DNA of 64,000 bases from Lepidodermella squamata (Eukaryota > Animalia > Gastrotricha), in NCBI GenBank assembly GCA_047495785.1, contig JBLDXI010000025.1, positions 2,415,063 through 2,479,062 of the forward strand, read 5' to 3'. The notes under the pieces were generated by a model. The model saw nothing but the letters and a program-made list of their open reading frames with translations, was not told where the DNA came from and searched no databases. Shown piece after piece: positions 48,675 to 62,500 of this stretch; the stretch's first letter is position 1; the number at the start of each line of letters is the position of its first letter. Position numbers and translations under genes: made by a program.

Positions 48675-51600
48675 CTAAGAGATGCTGAAACTTGTTGTTG
48701 TGAAGACCAGCTTATCATCGTCATCATCGGGCATGCGAATACTAGCCGAAGACTGGCTGCTTCTAAGTGCCGACGAACTGGCCGAAGTGTTCATCGGCGA
48801 GGATTGCGTAGAGCTTGCCGGCGACGCCAGTGCTTCGGATACAACCGAGCCCATTATGTAAGACTCGGCCGAGTAGTTGATACTGCTTTCAGCTGTCAGC
48901 GTCTTGTTGCGAAAAGCGCCGTCTGAAACCGCGTAGTAGTTGTCACTTATAACAACCTGCTCCGGGGCCTGCCATACTTTCGAGGCGATACCGCGTTGGG
49001 GACGCTGCATGCTAACCAAAGCCGCATAGCTCGCGATCAACAGCAACGCGCTGACGGTCGAAAATATCAAATAGATGCCAACAAAGAACCAAAACGCGTT
49101 CATAGCGCCGATAAGTTCGACACAGGCGTACTGAACAGCGACGCCGTTGTACAACTCATAGGCCATGCGAAGCCGCCCGATATCAAGCGTAACGCCATTT
49201 GAAACGTTGTCCACCAACTTGACGACCATGTAGCGGATGAGGTCTTTCAATAGGACCATGATTTGCTTGACCCAAGACTCGACGTAGTGCATAGAATCAG
49301 TTATTAGATCGCGTTGTTCGACGGCGATTGTCATCATCTCGCTGGCGTCCGACCACGTCCGATACGCTGAATTCAAATCAGTGAAATATTTGCTCAGCAT
49401 GCTCTTGTAGATGGTAGCTGTTGCTGACTTTTGCGAGAATTGCGGGTTTGACAGTAATGAACTCATGACACAGTTCGAGCAGTTCGAAATCTGACCGCTC
49501 AACGCCCTCGTGGCATTGATGTTTATTTCGGACTTTAATTTTCGGAAAATTGCTCCATCAGCGATTATTTCCGTGAAGTTGGCCATGTACGCCGCGGTTT
49601 TGTTGTTGTACACCACTAGTTTAGACGTCAGATTCAAGTAGGTCAGGTCCTTGACCTCGCGCACAAACACAGAGTCGTTGAGCCTCAGAAACTGGTTAAT
49701 AGTGCTTCCGTTCGCGGCGAATTCGAGGAACTTGCCAACCGTTAGCCGATCGGCTAGAATATCAGGGTCAATCGAGTCGGCGAATGTAACGACGCATGAC
49801 GGCAAGGCATAGCGTAGAATGTTATCCTGCGAGCCATTTCGAGCCGTGTTCAGCATTTCGTCGAGCAGCGAGTGATTGCCTGATCTAACCGCTGAGCAGA
49901 CGGTTTTGTCGATGAAGCCGCCGGCATAGAAGTGAGCGGCCGCTAAGACACACAGCGCTGGACCAGCGAGGGCAACAAACAGCACTGAGCCACTATAACA
50001 AACAAACATCATTTAATTATCATTGAGCAAATAATCCTAAAAAGCTTACGCTATAGCAGAAGATCGGCCGACTTTTTCTAGTTTAGTCGCTTGACGGGTT
50101 CGGAAATTACGTGAATGGTCGACGCCTCGGCAATATACTACCAGTAAGCAAGACGCGCCGATAACCATTAGAAAGATTTGAATCGCGGCGATGATCAACA
50201 GAGTTAGAGCCACAATATGGCGATCGCGGAATGCGTCGCGAACCGAGCCTATAATTGAAGCCACGCTGGATTCGCTATTGGGAGGTTTAACCTCAGGGGC
50301 TGGGGTTGTCTCGTCTGTCCATATCGCCAAATCGTCGCTAAGTGTTGTAGTCTGGCTGATACCAGTTCCAGTCACTTCGTCAGACTTCAAAGTGGTCCGG
50401 CGAGTTCTAGGCAATCTTTTCGTTGTCGTAGTCGTCGGTTCAGCTGTAGTCGTAGTCGTAGCAACCGAGTCGTCGCCATCACATTTCTCACCATGCGTAA
50501 TGCCGTGTAGACGGCTGTTGAACCACTTTGTGTAGTGTTGTTGCCAGGCGTCGAAATCGCCCATCAAGTTGGACTTGATGCTTTTAAACTGGTTGATCAA
50601 CTCCTCGCGGGTAACCATTTGCCCAACCTTGGTTAACATCATTCGACTCGTGCGATTAGACATGGCTTTTAGGGCAGATTCGATTTCGACGCGGTTCTTG
50701 TAGTGGTTCAAAAACGACGGGTTCAACTCATCGGGTATGTCGGGCAGAAGGCATGATGTGCAAACATCGGTTGCGTTCGAACTACGGCTGAATCGGGCGC
50801 AAGTTTGCGGCCACGACGCGTTGCTGGCACTCGTCGCGCAAAGATCGCGAATTGAAGCTAGCGAACGCTCATCGCCCAACATGCTCAACACGTCCATTTC
50901 GGCGAGGTTCAGGCGAAGAGTGGCATTGCGAGCTGCGTTGATCGAATCCCGCAACGGCTCGACGGTCGATTTTTCCCACGATAGCATGATGAAAAACAGG
51001 AGAATAGCCTGCGATTTCTGAAGCAAGTCGACAATTTTCAGTTGGTCGGAAAATATGTTGTTCAGCGAATCCATGGCTTTGTTCACAAATTCCACCTTAT
51101 TTTTGACATCGGTGGTCACAGCCTCGCCGACAGCATCGAAATCGGTCATGAAATCGTCTACGATGTCATTAACATCGGCCGTTGCGTTGGCGACCACGCT
51201 TTCCGAACGTAGTAGCGAGAACGAAAACGAATTGTTGAAGTAGATCGAAGCACCGAGGCCGAAAAGCGCTAGCAATGCCGTGAAAATCGCTACCGAAGCC
51301 ATGGCGACAAGTCCTTTCGAATAGGAAGGTGTTGGCCAACTTTGCTGCTTTTCTTCGTTTTTTACGGGTTTTCCCAAGTTGGGGAGGCTATCTGACGAGA
51401 ATGGGTTGTAGCGGTAATTGTTGCGGCATCGCCGCTTAACACATGAATAAATGACGCATGATGCGATTGGAACTAGGATGAAAGACGCGATAAGGCCAAT
51501 AATTGATATCGCCAACAGAGACTTGTACTCTAGCAAGCCCTGAAAAAAATTTGATTTTTCACAAAATGTTCTTGAGTTGCATTAGTCAGACTTACGTTGA

Positions 51601-51990
51601 CGATCTCTGTGCCTATACCAGGCCTGCCTTGAGTAGCACTGATGATTATTTCACGAAGGAATGCTGTGTAAGGCAATGGGTATGAGTAATTCAGAGGCGA
51701 ATATGTCAGCATTACTCACATTTAGCTTTGCTTGTTGTTTCAACGTTGTCGATAATGCCTGCGACAAAGCTGTACAAATTGGGCCACGAGGCCTGCGGTT
51801 CGTATGCCGAGAGGCGAACTGCCTCCAAATGTGAGACATTGAAGTGATAGGCGGGGAACGTCATGCTCCAGTTTCTGTAGAGTCGGTTTCCGAACTGGTC
51901 GGTAAATTCCGGGGCCGGGAAAAGATCCATCAGCGATTTTGGAAGCGGCCGAGACGATACGCTGGATTGCGTTGTAGCTGATGCCGTCAT
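48675..51990 (-). CDS. Prominin-like 5-TM glycoprotein, paralogue B (left palindrome arm, intact)
   Basis: Same topology and motifs as paralogue A (WPNLY, YRYNPFSSDSL, GGFIDKTVC, CVELIGAMNAFWFFVG), with many NxS/T sequons. Confidence 0.72.
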
Positions 51991-54022
51991 GATATCGTAT
52001 TTCAATACAATTTTAATGAATGAGCGAAATCTAAGCAGCGATCTCGCCTCTGAAAACGACAGAACAGTAGGCGTGTAAAAATGCGTCGTCGAAAAGGGCC
52101 ATTGTTAAAGAAGGTCGGTGTGTGTTTTTTCTGGAGCGCGAACTCCGCGACAACAACAATATCGCACGCGTGGCACCTTCGCACCACGGCCGCGTGGAAA
52201 CGCGAGTTTTGGCAGTGGCCGCCGCGAAACTAACGCAACTTTTGGGTGAAAGAAATCTGAATGCTACGGCAAAAGAATTTCAGGATCCTTAACTAAAGTA
52301 TGGAAAACCCACGCTGGCATATGCCTGGCGTGAAAAATCGCAAGAAAACAATCCTGGCGTCATTAACACGAGCAGCTCCAGTGACGTTTTTGCTAATTAA
52401 TTGCTTTTAATTATTAATTGCCCCGCTTTTTAGCGCGTGCGGCGTTCTTGAACTGTCTTTGCCTGTAACGCAAGCTGCCTCAAATTTTACCGCCCGGTGG
52501 TTTTAGAAACGTGTAAAAGGATAATATATATTACTTATATTACGACAAAAATACGCCTTGTTGCAGCCGAGGCGTGCAATTTTTTGAATGAAATATCGTG
52601 GATGATAATAACACCTTCAGCAGCAACAAGGCGCGGACCCGTTCAATGGCGACAAAAAAACGCTTCAAACCACCGGCGTCCGCCTTAATCCGCGTAATCC
52701 GTTGATACCACTCCACCCGAACACATTGTTCTCGAGCAATGCCGCCTAATATAACCTTTCTACAAAAAGAAATTCCTCAAATAAGAATATTTGAGCAATA
52801 GGCACTGAATATAAAGCTTGTCAAGCTAAATTTTAAGGGTGCAAATATGTTCAAACTATTTTTCGTGCAAAATTTTGCAAAAAACGTTAAGTCTGGACAA
52901 AAGGTAAAAATCCACAATGGAGCATATGTTAAAAGATTTATCTCTAACTAATATTATGCGCGAAGATGTTGCAAAACATGAAAATATATGTTAACAGGAA
53001 CGAAAGATAACAAGTGGACATCGCGTAATGTTGCCGAGCCGGCAACTTTTAATAAACGCATCAACTTGTTCACGGTTGAAAAAAACAAAAGTCGCGCGTT
53101 CGGGTGACGAGCACGTGGGAGATAACCCCCCACTAATACAAATACACCACATGTACACGCAATGATAGTAGTCGACTTTTATTTTTTGTGAATCAATTTT
53201 TATTGCTGCCGGGGAAAAGCTATCTTCTTATGTAACAGCGGATCTGCCGAGCGCGAGCGCATTACCCCTCAGTCGTAAAAACGTAACACCTGCATTTATT
53301 TTGGGTTCAACGGCCGCTGATAGAAGTCAAATTTTTTTACCAGTATCTGTAAATGAAAGGTGCACATGAACCTGCGTGGGAGGTTTTGACACCTCTTCTA
53401 AGCCTCCTTAATTGATACTTAATTTAGAAAAAAAATCATCAGCTTATAATTGTTTGTTCCGGAAGCTGGAAGCGGGTAAGAATGTCAGGGGTAAAAAAAC
53501 AGGACCATGTTTCCGCATAATTAGTACCGCATAATGACAATGGGGCCACCTTGATAAATAAGGCGCATGCCGTCAATCAAAATAACGTAACAACCCCAGG
53601 TGCGCAGAGTGCGCTCTTTTTGTTTTATTGCCCTCTCGAGTCGCGCCAGCCGAGCCGATCTTTTTTCTACCAACATTCAGCTTTCATACTTCATAATCCT
53701 ATCGTCTCGGTTGGCATGAAACGCCTTTGGCTGGTGGAAAACATCGGTAAACATTTTTTTACCAGAAGCTGGTTTATTGATGTATTTTTCCTTGTTTGGG
53801 GATTGGCAATGGACATATAACGCAAATGAGATGGTGTAATTAATTATCAGATCTTATAATTTGAATATTGTAACTTAGCTATTCATAGCTTTCGTAATTA
53901 GAAATACAAAAATATCAGTTGGAATATGTTGACGGTAATGTTTTGTTCTAAAAATCTCGCGGTAAGAGCCATCTCAAATGCTCTTGAATAGACGATCCAT
54001 AAATTCAGAGACTAGAAGCTGG

Positions 54023-54759
54023 TTACATAGCCGTAATGCAGTTGCTCGACTTTTTGGCTACGTGGCACTCGCGGACCATGCCTTTCCTTCGGCTAAACAC
54101 TGGCTGACAGCAAGAACCAGGCAGGCAATCACTGCTCGTTTCGCACGCTTCGTTGTTCTTAATACGGCCGTTACCAGCGGTCAGCTTGGAACAAAATCCT
54201 ACTCCGCTGTAAAATCGGAAAAATTAGTGTCAACGTAAAAATAATCTATATTATGCTTACCCATTCGATGCGTCCGACGTGTCAGCTACGATGTAGCAGA
54301 GCTTTTAGGGATAAAGATTGAATTTGATTGAGAAGTCGAGAAACTAGGTTAAAGCTTACGCTCTCGCCACAGCATTCATTCGAGCCGAAGCAAGGTGAAT
54401 TGTTGGGAAGGCATTCCTGGGTTTGAGAATAGAACTATATTAAAAAAATTGAAAATTAATCACAAATTATAAATGCTATTAAGATTGGGATAATTTTGAT
54501 GATATAACTCTTTGCAAAGCCGACTAACATCACTCCATGACAAATATTTAGAAATGAAACGTGACGGGCGCCAAGAGCGCTGCTGCCGCGCTACTCGTTG
54601 AAGGGACGATGAAGGCGAGCGGTTGAAGCTGATGGCTGAGGACGGGGCGGGCAACAGCAGCGAAAGTAGCAGGCATGTGTAGCCTGTGGTCAGGAGAGCG
54701 TTGGCAACGGACGGCAGCCGGTGACTCAAGGCCGATCCAGGCCAATCGTTCAAAGGCAT
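54023..54759 (-). CDS. Secreted Cys-rich double-knottin precursor (prohormone-3/ITG-like), left-arm copy
   Basis: Mirror of 56805-57541. Confidence 0.7.
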
Positions 54760-55997
54760 AGACTGAAGGCTATCAAATAGCGTTTTAATACTAAATTCGT
54801 TCCTAACGATAATCGCACAGGCCAAGTGTTATAAATGACAGGGCAAGTCCGAGACGTCACGGGCTAATAAGCTTGAGGCTGTGGGAGGCGATTTTATACT
54901 GGCAAACTTTGAAAAACATCAAGTGCGACGCCGCAAAATTTTATTTGCGATGCGACGATGATCGGAAATGGCCAATCGGATATATGTGAAATAATACACA
55001 TACAGCATAATCGTCTGTTAATAAAATGCCGATATGAGCAATCGCGTGTGGGAAAAGTGGGCGCGCGCGCTTTTGTTTTTCCAAAAGCACTGTCTTGCGT
55101 CTGTGTAGATGCGGGATCCACTCACGGATATGGAGCATGTAAAAAATAGTAATAATGGCTATGCTTGCTCAATTTATTACACGCGCATCCACACCCGCAC
55201 AACATCGTGGCGACTAATCATGCGCGCTGGTCCGCGACTCGTTTTTCCAATCACTCCCTGCAATGAATATTATAAATTCTGGTCTTGAGGCGGCTGCTGA
55301 CGAGAGCTCTTCGCAATTGGCTATATTTGTACGAACGGATGTTTGCACGTGTATTAAATTTCGCGCGGCTTCACTCGCAACTCGCGTCGCCTTGTTTATG
55401 CGATTGTTTTCTCTGCCAATTTTTTTTAGCCCATACGAGGCCCGATATAAGCCGGACAAGCGCGATGCGTTTGTCGGCCCACGCCCAATTTACCTAATAA
55501 TAGAGTTACTATATAATGATGACAACACAAAATCCAACTTGGAATATGCGGAGGATGGTGATGAGGCGCTGATCGCCCGGGCGATATACGCGCATAAATT
55601 TGGTTCGCGCAGTCATTGAGAAAAGAAAGGCGATGCGCAACACGCGACTCTGGGGACGGCTGGCTAAAATAGTACAAAAACGGTCGATTTTTTTCGGATC
55701 ATTGTTGTCCTCATTTTCATATTAGCCACTTCATCACCATGTAAATCACATGAGCGAGAAATAAGCGGACAAAGCACATGCATATAAAAAGCGCATAGTA
55801 ATCAAGATGAAAGAAGTGATGCGCGTGAGAAAATATTTTCGGCTCGCAAGATCGCTATTTATAAGTATTACAGGTTAATAATATCGCATATGGTACAAAA
55901 TATAGCAGCTTTTAATTGCAATATATAGTAATTATTCCTCATCATTTATTCTAACACTAAACGTTAGCTGTGATGAAGGTTGGAAAAATTCATGAAG

Positions 55998-56183
55998 TCA
56001 TGGAGTGATGAAAGCAACTTTCTGAGTTATAGGTAGTTGGTGTCTATGGTATCTAATCAAAGATTGATTTACCTCTTCTGGTGGCGAAAAGACGAAAGAG
56101 CTCTTCGTGTCTCGGAAGTTGACAGCGCTGACACCGACCATCACACCAGCGGCAAGTGATAGGGCGATTGCGAAATTTATCAT
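55998..56183 (-). CDS. Candidate small secreted peptide in the palindrome spacer
   Basis: ATG 56183 MINFAIALSLAAGVMVGVSA (signal-like). A donor GAG|GTAAAT at 56073 and an in-frame 51-nt intron would give 44 aa. Confidence 0.35.
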   Translation of the reverse strand: MINFAIALSLAAGVMVGVSAVNFRDTKSSFVFSPPEEVNQSLIRYHRHQLPITQKVAFITP

Positions 56184-56804
56184 CGCTAATAAACTAGATC
56201 TAAGTGTCGATACACGTGCAAACATCCGTTCGTACAAATATAGCCAATTGCGAAGAGCTCTCGTCAGCAGCCGCCTCAAGACCAGAATTTATAATATTCA
56301 TTGCAGGGAGTGATTGGAAAAACGAGTCGCGGACCAGCGCGCATGATTAGTCGCCACGATGTTGTGCGGGTGTGGATGCGCGTGTAATAAATTGAGCAAG
56401 CATAGCCATTATTACTATTTTTTACATGCTCCATATCCGTGAGTGGATCCCGCATCTACACAGACGCAAGACAGTGCTTTTGGAAAAACAAAAGCGCGCG
56501 CGCCCACTTTTCCCACACGCGATTGCTCATATCGGCATTTTATTAACAGACGATTATGCTGTATGTGTATTATTTCACATATATCCGATTGGCCATTTCC
56601 GATCATCGTCGCATCGCAAATAAAATTTTGCGGCGTCGCACTTGATGTTTTTCAAAGTTTGCCAGTATAAAATCGCCTCCCACAGCCTCAAGCTTATTAG
56701 CCCGTGACGTCTCGGACTTGCCCTGTCATTTATAACACTTGGCCTGTGCGATTATCGTTAGGAACGAATTTAGTATTAAAACGCTATTTGATAGCCTTCA
56801 GTCT

Positions 56805-57541
56805 ATGCCTTTGAACGATTGGCCTGGATCGGCCTTGAGTCACCGGCTGCCGTCCGTTGCCAACGCTCTCCTGACCACAGGCTACACATGCCTGCTACTT
56901 TCGCTGCTGTTGCCCGCCCCGTCCTCAGCCATCAGCTTCAACCGCTCGCCTTCATCGTCCCTTCAACGAGTAGCGCGGCAGCAGCGCTCTTGGCGCCCGT
57001 CACGTTTCATTTCTAAATATTTGTCATGGAGTGATGTTAGTCGGCTTTGCAAAGAGTTATATCATCAAAATTATCCCAATCTTAATAGCATTTATAATTT
57101 GTGATTAATTTTCAATTTTTTTAATATAGTTCTATTCTCAAACCCAGGAATGCCTTCCCAACAATTCACCTTGCTTCGGCTCGAATGAATGCTGTGGCGA
57201 GAGCGTAAGCTTTAACCTAGTTTCTCGACTTCTCAATCAAATTCAATCTTTATCCCTAAAAGCTCTGCTACATCGTAGCTGACACGTCGGACGCATCGAA
57301 TGGGTAAGCATAATATAGATTATTTTTACGTTGACACTAATTTTTCCGATTTTACAGCGGAGTAGGATTTTGTTCCAAGCTGACCGCTGGTAACGGCCGT
57401 ATTAAGAACAACGAAGCGTGCGAAACGAGCAGTGATTGCCTGCCTGGTTCTTGCTGTCAGCCAGTGTTTAGCCGAAGGAAAGGCATGGTCCGCGAGTGCC
57501 ACGTAGCCAAAAAGTCGAGCAACTGCATTACGGCTATGTAA
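56805..57541 (+). CDS. Secreted Cys-rich double-knottin precursor (prohormone-3/ITG-like), right-arm copy, 4 exons
   Basis: Exons 56805-57035, 57148-57204, 57263-57303 and 57358-57541 splice in frame. Signal-like CLLLSLLLPAPSSA, then ...WSD|ECLPNNSPCFGSNECCGES|LCYIVADTSDASNG|GVGFCSK...EACETSSDCLPGSCCQPVFSRRKGMVRECHVAKKSSNCITAM*, i.e. 2 x 6 Cys. Confidence 0.72.
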
Positions 57542-59573
57542 CCAGCTTCTAGTCTCTGAATTTATGGATCGTCTATTCAAGAGCATTTGAGATGGCTCTT
57601 ACCGCGAGATTTTTAGAACAAAACATTACCGTCAACATATTCCAACTGATATTTTTGTATTTCTAATTACGAAAGCTATGAATAGCTAAGTTACAATATT
57701 CAAATTATAAGATCTGATAATTAATTACACCATCTCATTTGCGTTATATGTCCATTGCCAATCCCCAAACAAGGAAAAATACATCAATAAACCAGCTTCT
57801 GGTAAAAAAATGTTTACCGATGTTTTCCACCAGCCAAAGGCGTTTCATGCCAACCGAGACGATAGGATTATGAAGTATGAAAGCTGAATGTTGGTAGAAA
57901 AAAGATCGGCTCGGCTGGCGCGACTCGAGAGGGCAATAAAACAAAAAGAGCGCACTCTGCGCACCTGGGGTTGTTACGTTATTTTGATTGACGGCATGCG
58001 CCTTATTTATCAAGGTGGCCCCATTGTCATTATGCGGTACTAATTATGCGGAAACATGGTCCTGTTTTTTTTACCCCTGACATTCTTACCCGCTTCCAGC
58101 TTCCGGAACAAACAATTATAAGCTGATGATTTTTTTTCTAAATTAAGTATCAATTAAGGAGGCTTAGAAGAGGTGTCAAAACCTCCCACGCAGGTTCATG
58201 TGCACCTTTCATTTACAGATACTGGTAAAAAAATTTGACTTCTATCAGCGGCCGTTGAACCCAAAATAAATGCAGGTGTTACGTTTTTACGACTGAGGGG
58301 TAATGCGCTCGCGCTCGGCAGATCCGCTGTTACATAAGAAGATAGCTTTTCCCCGGCAGCAATAAAAATTGATTCACAAAAAATAAAGTCGACTACTATC
58401 ATTGCGTGTACATGTGGTGTATTTGTATTAGTGGGGGGTTATCTCCCACGTGCTCGTCACCCGAACGCGCGACTTTTGTTTTTTTCAACCGTGAACAAGT
58501 TGATGCGTTTATTAAAAGTTGCCGGCTCGGCAACATTACGCGATGTCCACTTGTTATCTTTCGTTCCTGTTAACATATATTTTCATGTTTTGCAACATCT
58601 TCGCGCATAATATTAGTTAGAGATAAATCTTTTAACATATGCTCCATTGTGGATTTTTACCTTTTGTCCAGACTTAACGTTTTTTGCAAAATTTTGCACG
58701 AAAAATAGTTTGAACATATTTGCACCCTTAAAATTTAGCTTGACAAGCTTTATATTCAGTGCCTATTGCTCAAATATTCTTATTTGAGGAATTTCTTTTT
58801 GTAGAAAGGTTATATTAGGCGGCATTGCTCGAGAACAATGTGTTCGGGTGGAGTGGTATCAACGGATTACGCGGATTAAGGCGGACGCCGGTGGTTTGAA
58901 GCGTTTTTTTGTCGCCATTGAACGGGTCCGCGCCTTGTTGCTGCTGAAGGTGTTATTATCATCCACGATATTTCATTCAAAAAATTGCACGCCTCGGCTG
59001 CAACAAGGCGTATTTTTGTCGTAATATAAGTAATATATATTATCCTTTTACACGTTTCTAAAACCACCGGGCGGTAAAATTTGAGGCAGCTTGCGTTACA
59101 GGCAAAGACAGTTCAAGAACGCCGCACGCGCTAAAAAGCGGGGCAATTAATAATTAAAAGCAATTAATTAGCAAAAACGTCACTGGAGCTGCTCGTGTTA
59201 ATGACGCCAGGATTGTTTTCTTGCGATTTTTCACGCCAGGCATATGCCAGCGTGGGTTTTCCATACTTTAGTTAAGGATCCTGAAATTCTTTTGCCGTAG
59301 CATTCAGATTTCTTTCACCCAAAAGTTGCGTTAGTTTCGCGGCGGCCACTGCCAAAACTCGCGTTTCCACGCGGCCGTGGTGCGAAGGTGCCACGCGTGC
59401 GATATTGTTGTTGTCGCGGAGTTCGCGCTCCAGAAAAAACACACACCGACCTTCTTTAACAATGGCCCTTTTCGACGACGCATTTTTACACGCCTACTGT
59501 TCTGTCGTTTTCAGAGGCGAGATCGCTGCTTAGATTTCGCTCATTCATTAAAATTGTATTGAAATACGATATC

Positions 59574-62500
59574 ATGACGGCATCAGCTACAACGCAATCC
59601 AGCGTATCGTCTCGGCCGCTTCCAAAATCGCTGATGGATCTTTTCCCGGCCCCGGAATTTACCGACCAGTTCGGAAACCGACTCTACAGAAACTGGAGCA
59701 TGACGTTCCCCGCCTATCACTTCAATGTCTCACATTTGGAGGCAGTTCGCCTCTCGGCATACGAACCGCAGGCCTCGTGGCCCAATTTGTACAGCTTTGT
59801 CGCAGGCATTATCGACAACGTTGAAACAACAAGCAAAGCTAAATGTGAGTAATGCTGACATATTCGCCTCTGAATTACTCATACCCATTGCCTTACACAG
59901 CATTCCTTCGTGAAATAATCATCAGTGCTACTCAAGGCAGGCCTGGTATAGGCACAGAGATCGTCAACGTAAGTCTGACTAATGCAACTCAAGAACATTT
60001 TGTGAAAAATCAAATTTTTTTCAGGGCTTGCTAGAGTACAAGTCTCTGTTGGCGATATCAATTATTGGCCTTATCGCGTCTTTCATCCTAGTTCCAATCG
60101 CATCATGCGTCATTTATTCATGTGTTAAGCGGCGATGCCGCAACAATTACCGCTACAACCCATTCTCGTCAGATAGCCTCCCCAACTTGGGAAAACCCCG
60201 TAAAAAACGAAGAAAAGCAGCAAAGTTGGCCAACACCTTCCTATTCGAAAGGACTTGTCGCCATGGCTTCGGTAGCGATTTTCACGGCATTGCTAGCGCT
60301 TTTCGGCCTCGGTGCTTCGATCTACTTCAACAATTCGTTTTCGTTCTCGCTACTACGTTCGGAAAGCGTGGTCGCCAACGCAACGGCCGATGTTAATGAC
60401 ATCGTAGACGATTTCATGACCGATTTCGATGCTGTCGGCGAGGCTGTGACCACCGATGTCAAAAATAAGGTGGAATTTGTGAACAAAGCCATGGATTCGC
60501 TGAACAACATATTTTCCGACCAACTGAAAATTGTCGACTTGCTTCAGAAATCGCAGGCTATTCTCCTGTTTTTCATCATGCTATCGTGGGAAAAATCGAC
60601 CGTCGAGCCGTTGCGGGATTCGATCAACGCAGCTCGCAATGCCACTCTTCGCCTGAACCTCGCCGAAATGGACGTGTTGAGCATGTTGGGCGATGAGCGT
60701 TCGCTAGCTTCAATTCGCGATCTTTGCGCGACGAGTGCCAGCAACGCGTCGTGGCCGCAAACTTGCGCCCGATTCAGCCGTAGTTCGAACGCAACCGATG
60801 TTTGCACATCATGCCTTCTGCCCGACATACCCGATGAGTTGAACCCGTCGTTTTTGAACCACTACAAGAACCGCGTCGAAATCGAATCTGCCCTAAAAGC
60901 CATGTCTAATCGCACGAGTCGAATGATGTTAACCAAGGTTGGGCAAATGGTTACCCGCGAGGAGTTGATCAACCAGTTTAAAAGCATCAAGTCCAACTTG
61001 ATGGGCGATTTCGACGCCTGGCAACAACACTACACAAAGTGGTTCAACAGCCGTCTACACGGCATTACGCATGGTGAGAAATGTGATGGCGACGACTCGG
61101 TTGCTACGACTACGACTACAGCTGAACCGACGACTACGACAACGAAAAGATTGCCTAGAACTCGCCGGACCACTTTGAAGTCTGACGAAGTGACTGGAAC
61201 TGGTATCAGCCAGACTACAACACTTAGCGACGATTTGGCGATATGGACAGACGAGACAACCCCAGCCCCTGAGGTTAAACCTCCCAATAGCGAATCCAGC
61301 GTGGCTTCAATTATAGGCTCGGTTCGCGACGCATTCCGCGATCGCCATATTGTGGCTCTAACTCTGTTGATCATCGCCGCGATTCAAATCTTTCTAATGG
61401 TTATCGGCGCGTCTTGCTTACTGGTAGTATATTGCCGAGGCGTCGACCATTCACGTAATTTCCGAACCCGTCAAGCGACTAAACTAGAAAAAGTCGGCCG
61501 ATCTTCTGCTATAGCGTAAGCTTTTTAGGATTATTTGCTCAATGATAATTAAATGATGTTTGTTTGTTATAGTGGCTCAGTGCTGTTTGTTGCCCCTCGC
61601 TGGTCCAGCGCTGTGTGTCTTAGCGGCCGCTCACTTCTATGCCGGCGGCTTCATCGACAAAACCGTCTGCTCAGTGGTTAGATCAGGCAATCACTCGCTG
61701 CTCGACGAAATGCTGAACACGGCTCGAAATGGCTCGCAGGATAACATTCTACGCTATGCCTTGCCGTCATGCGTCGTTACATTCGCCGACTCGATTGACC
61801 CTGATATTCTAGCCGATCGGCTAACGGTTGGCAAGTTCCTCGAATTCGCCGCGAACGGAAGCACTATTAACCAGTTTCTGAGGCTCAACGACTCTGTGTT
61901 TGTGCGCGAGGTCAAGGACCTGACCTACTTGAATCTGACGTCTAAACTAGTGGTGTACAACAACAAAACCGCGGCGTACATGGCCAACTTCACGGAAATA
62001 ATCGCTGATGGAGCAATTTTCCGAAAATTAAAGTCCGAAATAAACATCAATGCCACGAGGGCGTTGAGCGGTCAGATTTCGAACTGCTCGAACTGTGTCA
62101 TGAGTTCATTACTGTCAAACCCGCAATTCTCGCAAAAGTCAGCAACAGCTACCATCTACAAGAGCATGCTGAGCAAATATTTCACTGATTTGAATTCAGC
62201 GTATCGGACGTGGTCGGACGCCAGCGAGATGATGACAATCGCCGTCGAACAACGCGATCTAATAACTGATTCTATGCACTACGTCGAGTCTTGGGTCAAG
62301 CAAATCATGGTCCTATTGAAAGACCTCATCCGCTACATGGTCGTCAAGTTGGTGGACAACGTTTCAAATGGCGTTACGCTTGATATCGGGCGGCTTCGCA
62401 TGGCCTATGAGTTGTACAACGGCGTCGCTGTTCAGTACGCCTGTGTCGAACTTATCGGCGCTATGAACGCGTTTTGGTTCTTTGTTGGCATCTATTTGAT

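Larger units (their letters stand above)
47568..55354 (-). repeat. Left arm of the giant palindrome (extent visible within the window)
   Basis: Reverse complement of 56210-64000. Mirrored ORFs have coordinate sums of 111564-111566. Confidence 0.98.

Noticed and set aside
52002-54022. Short ORFs repeated identically at 57542-59562
   Set aside because: The duplication is simply the palindrome and gives no independent coding evidence.
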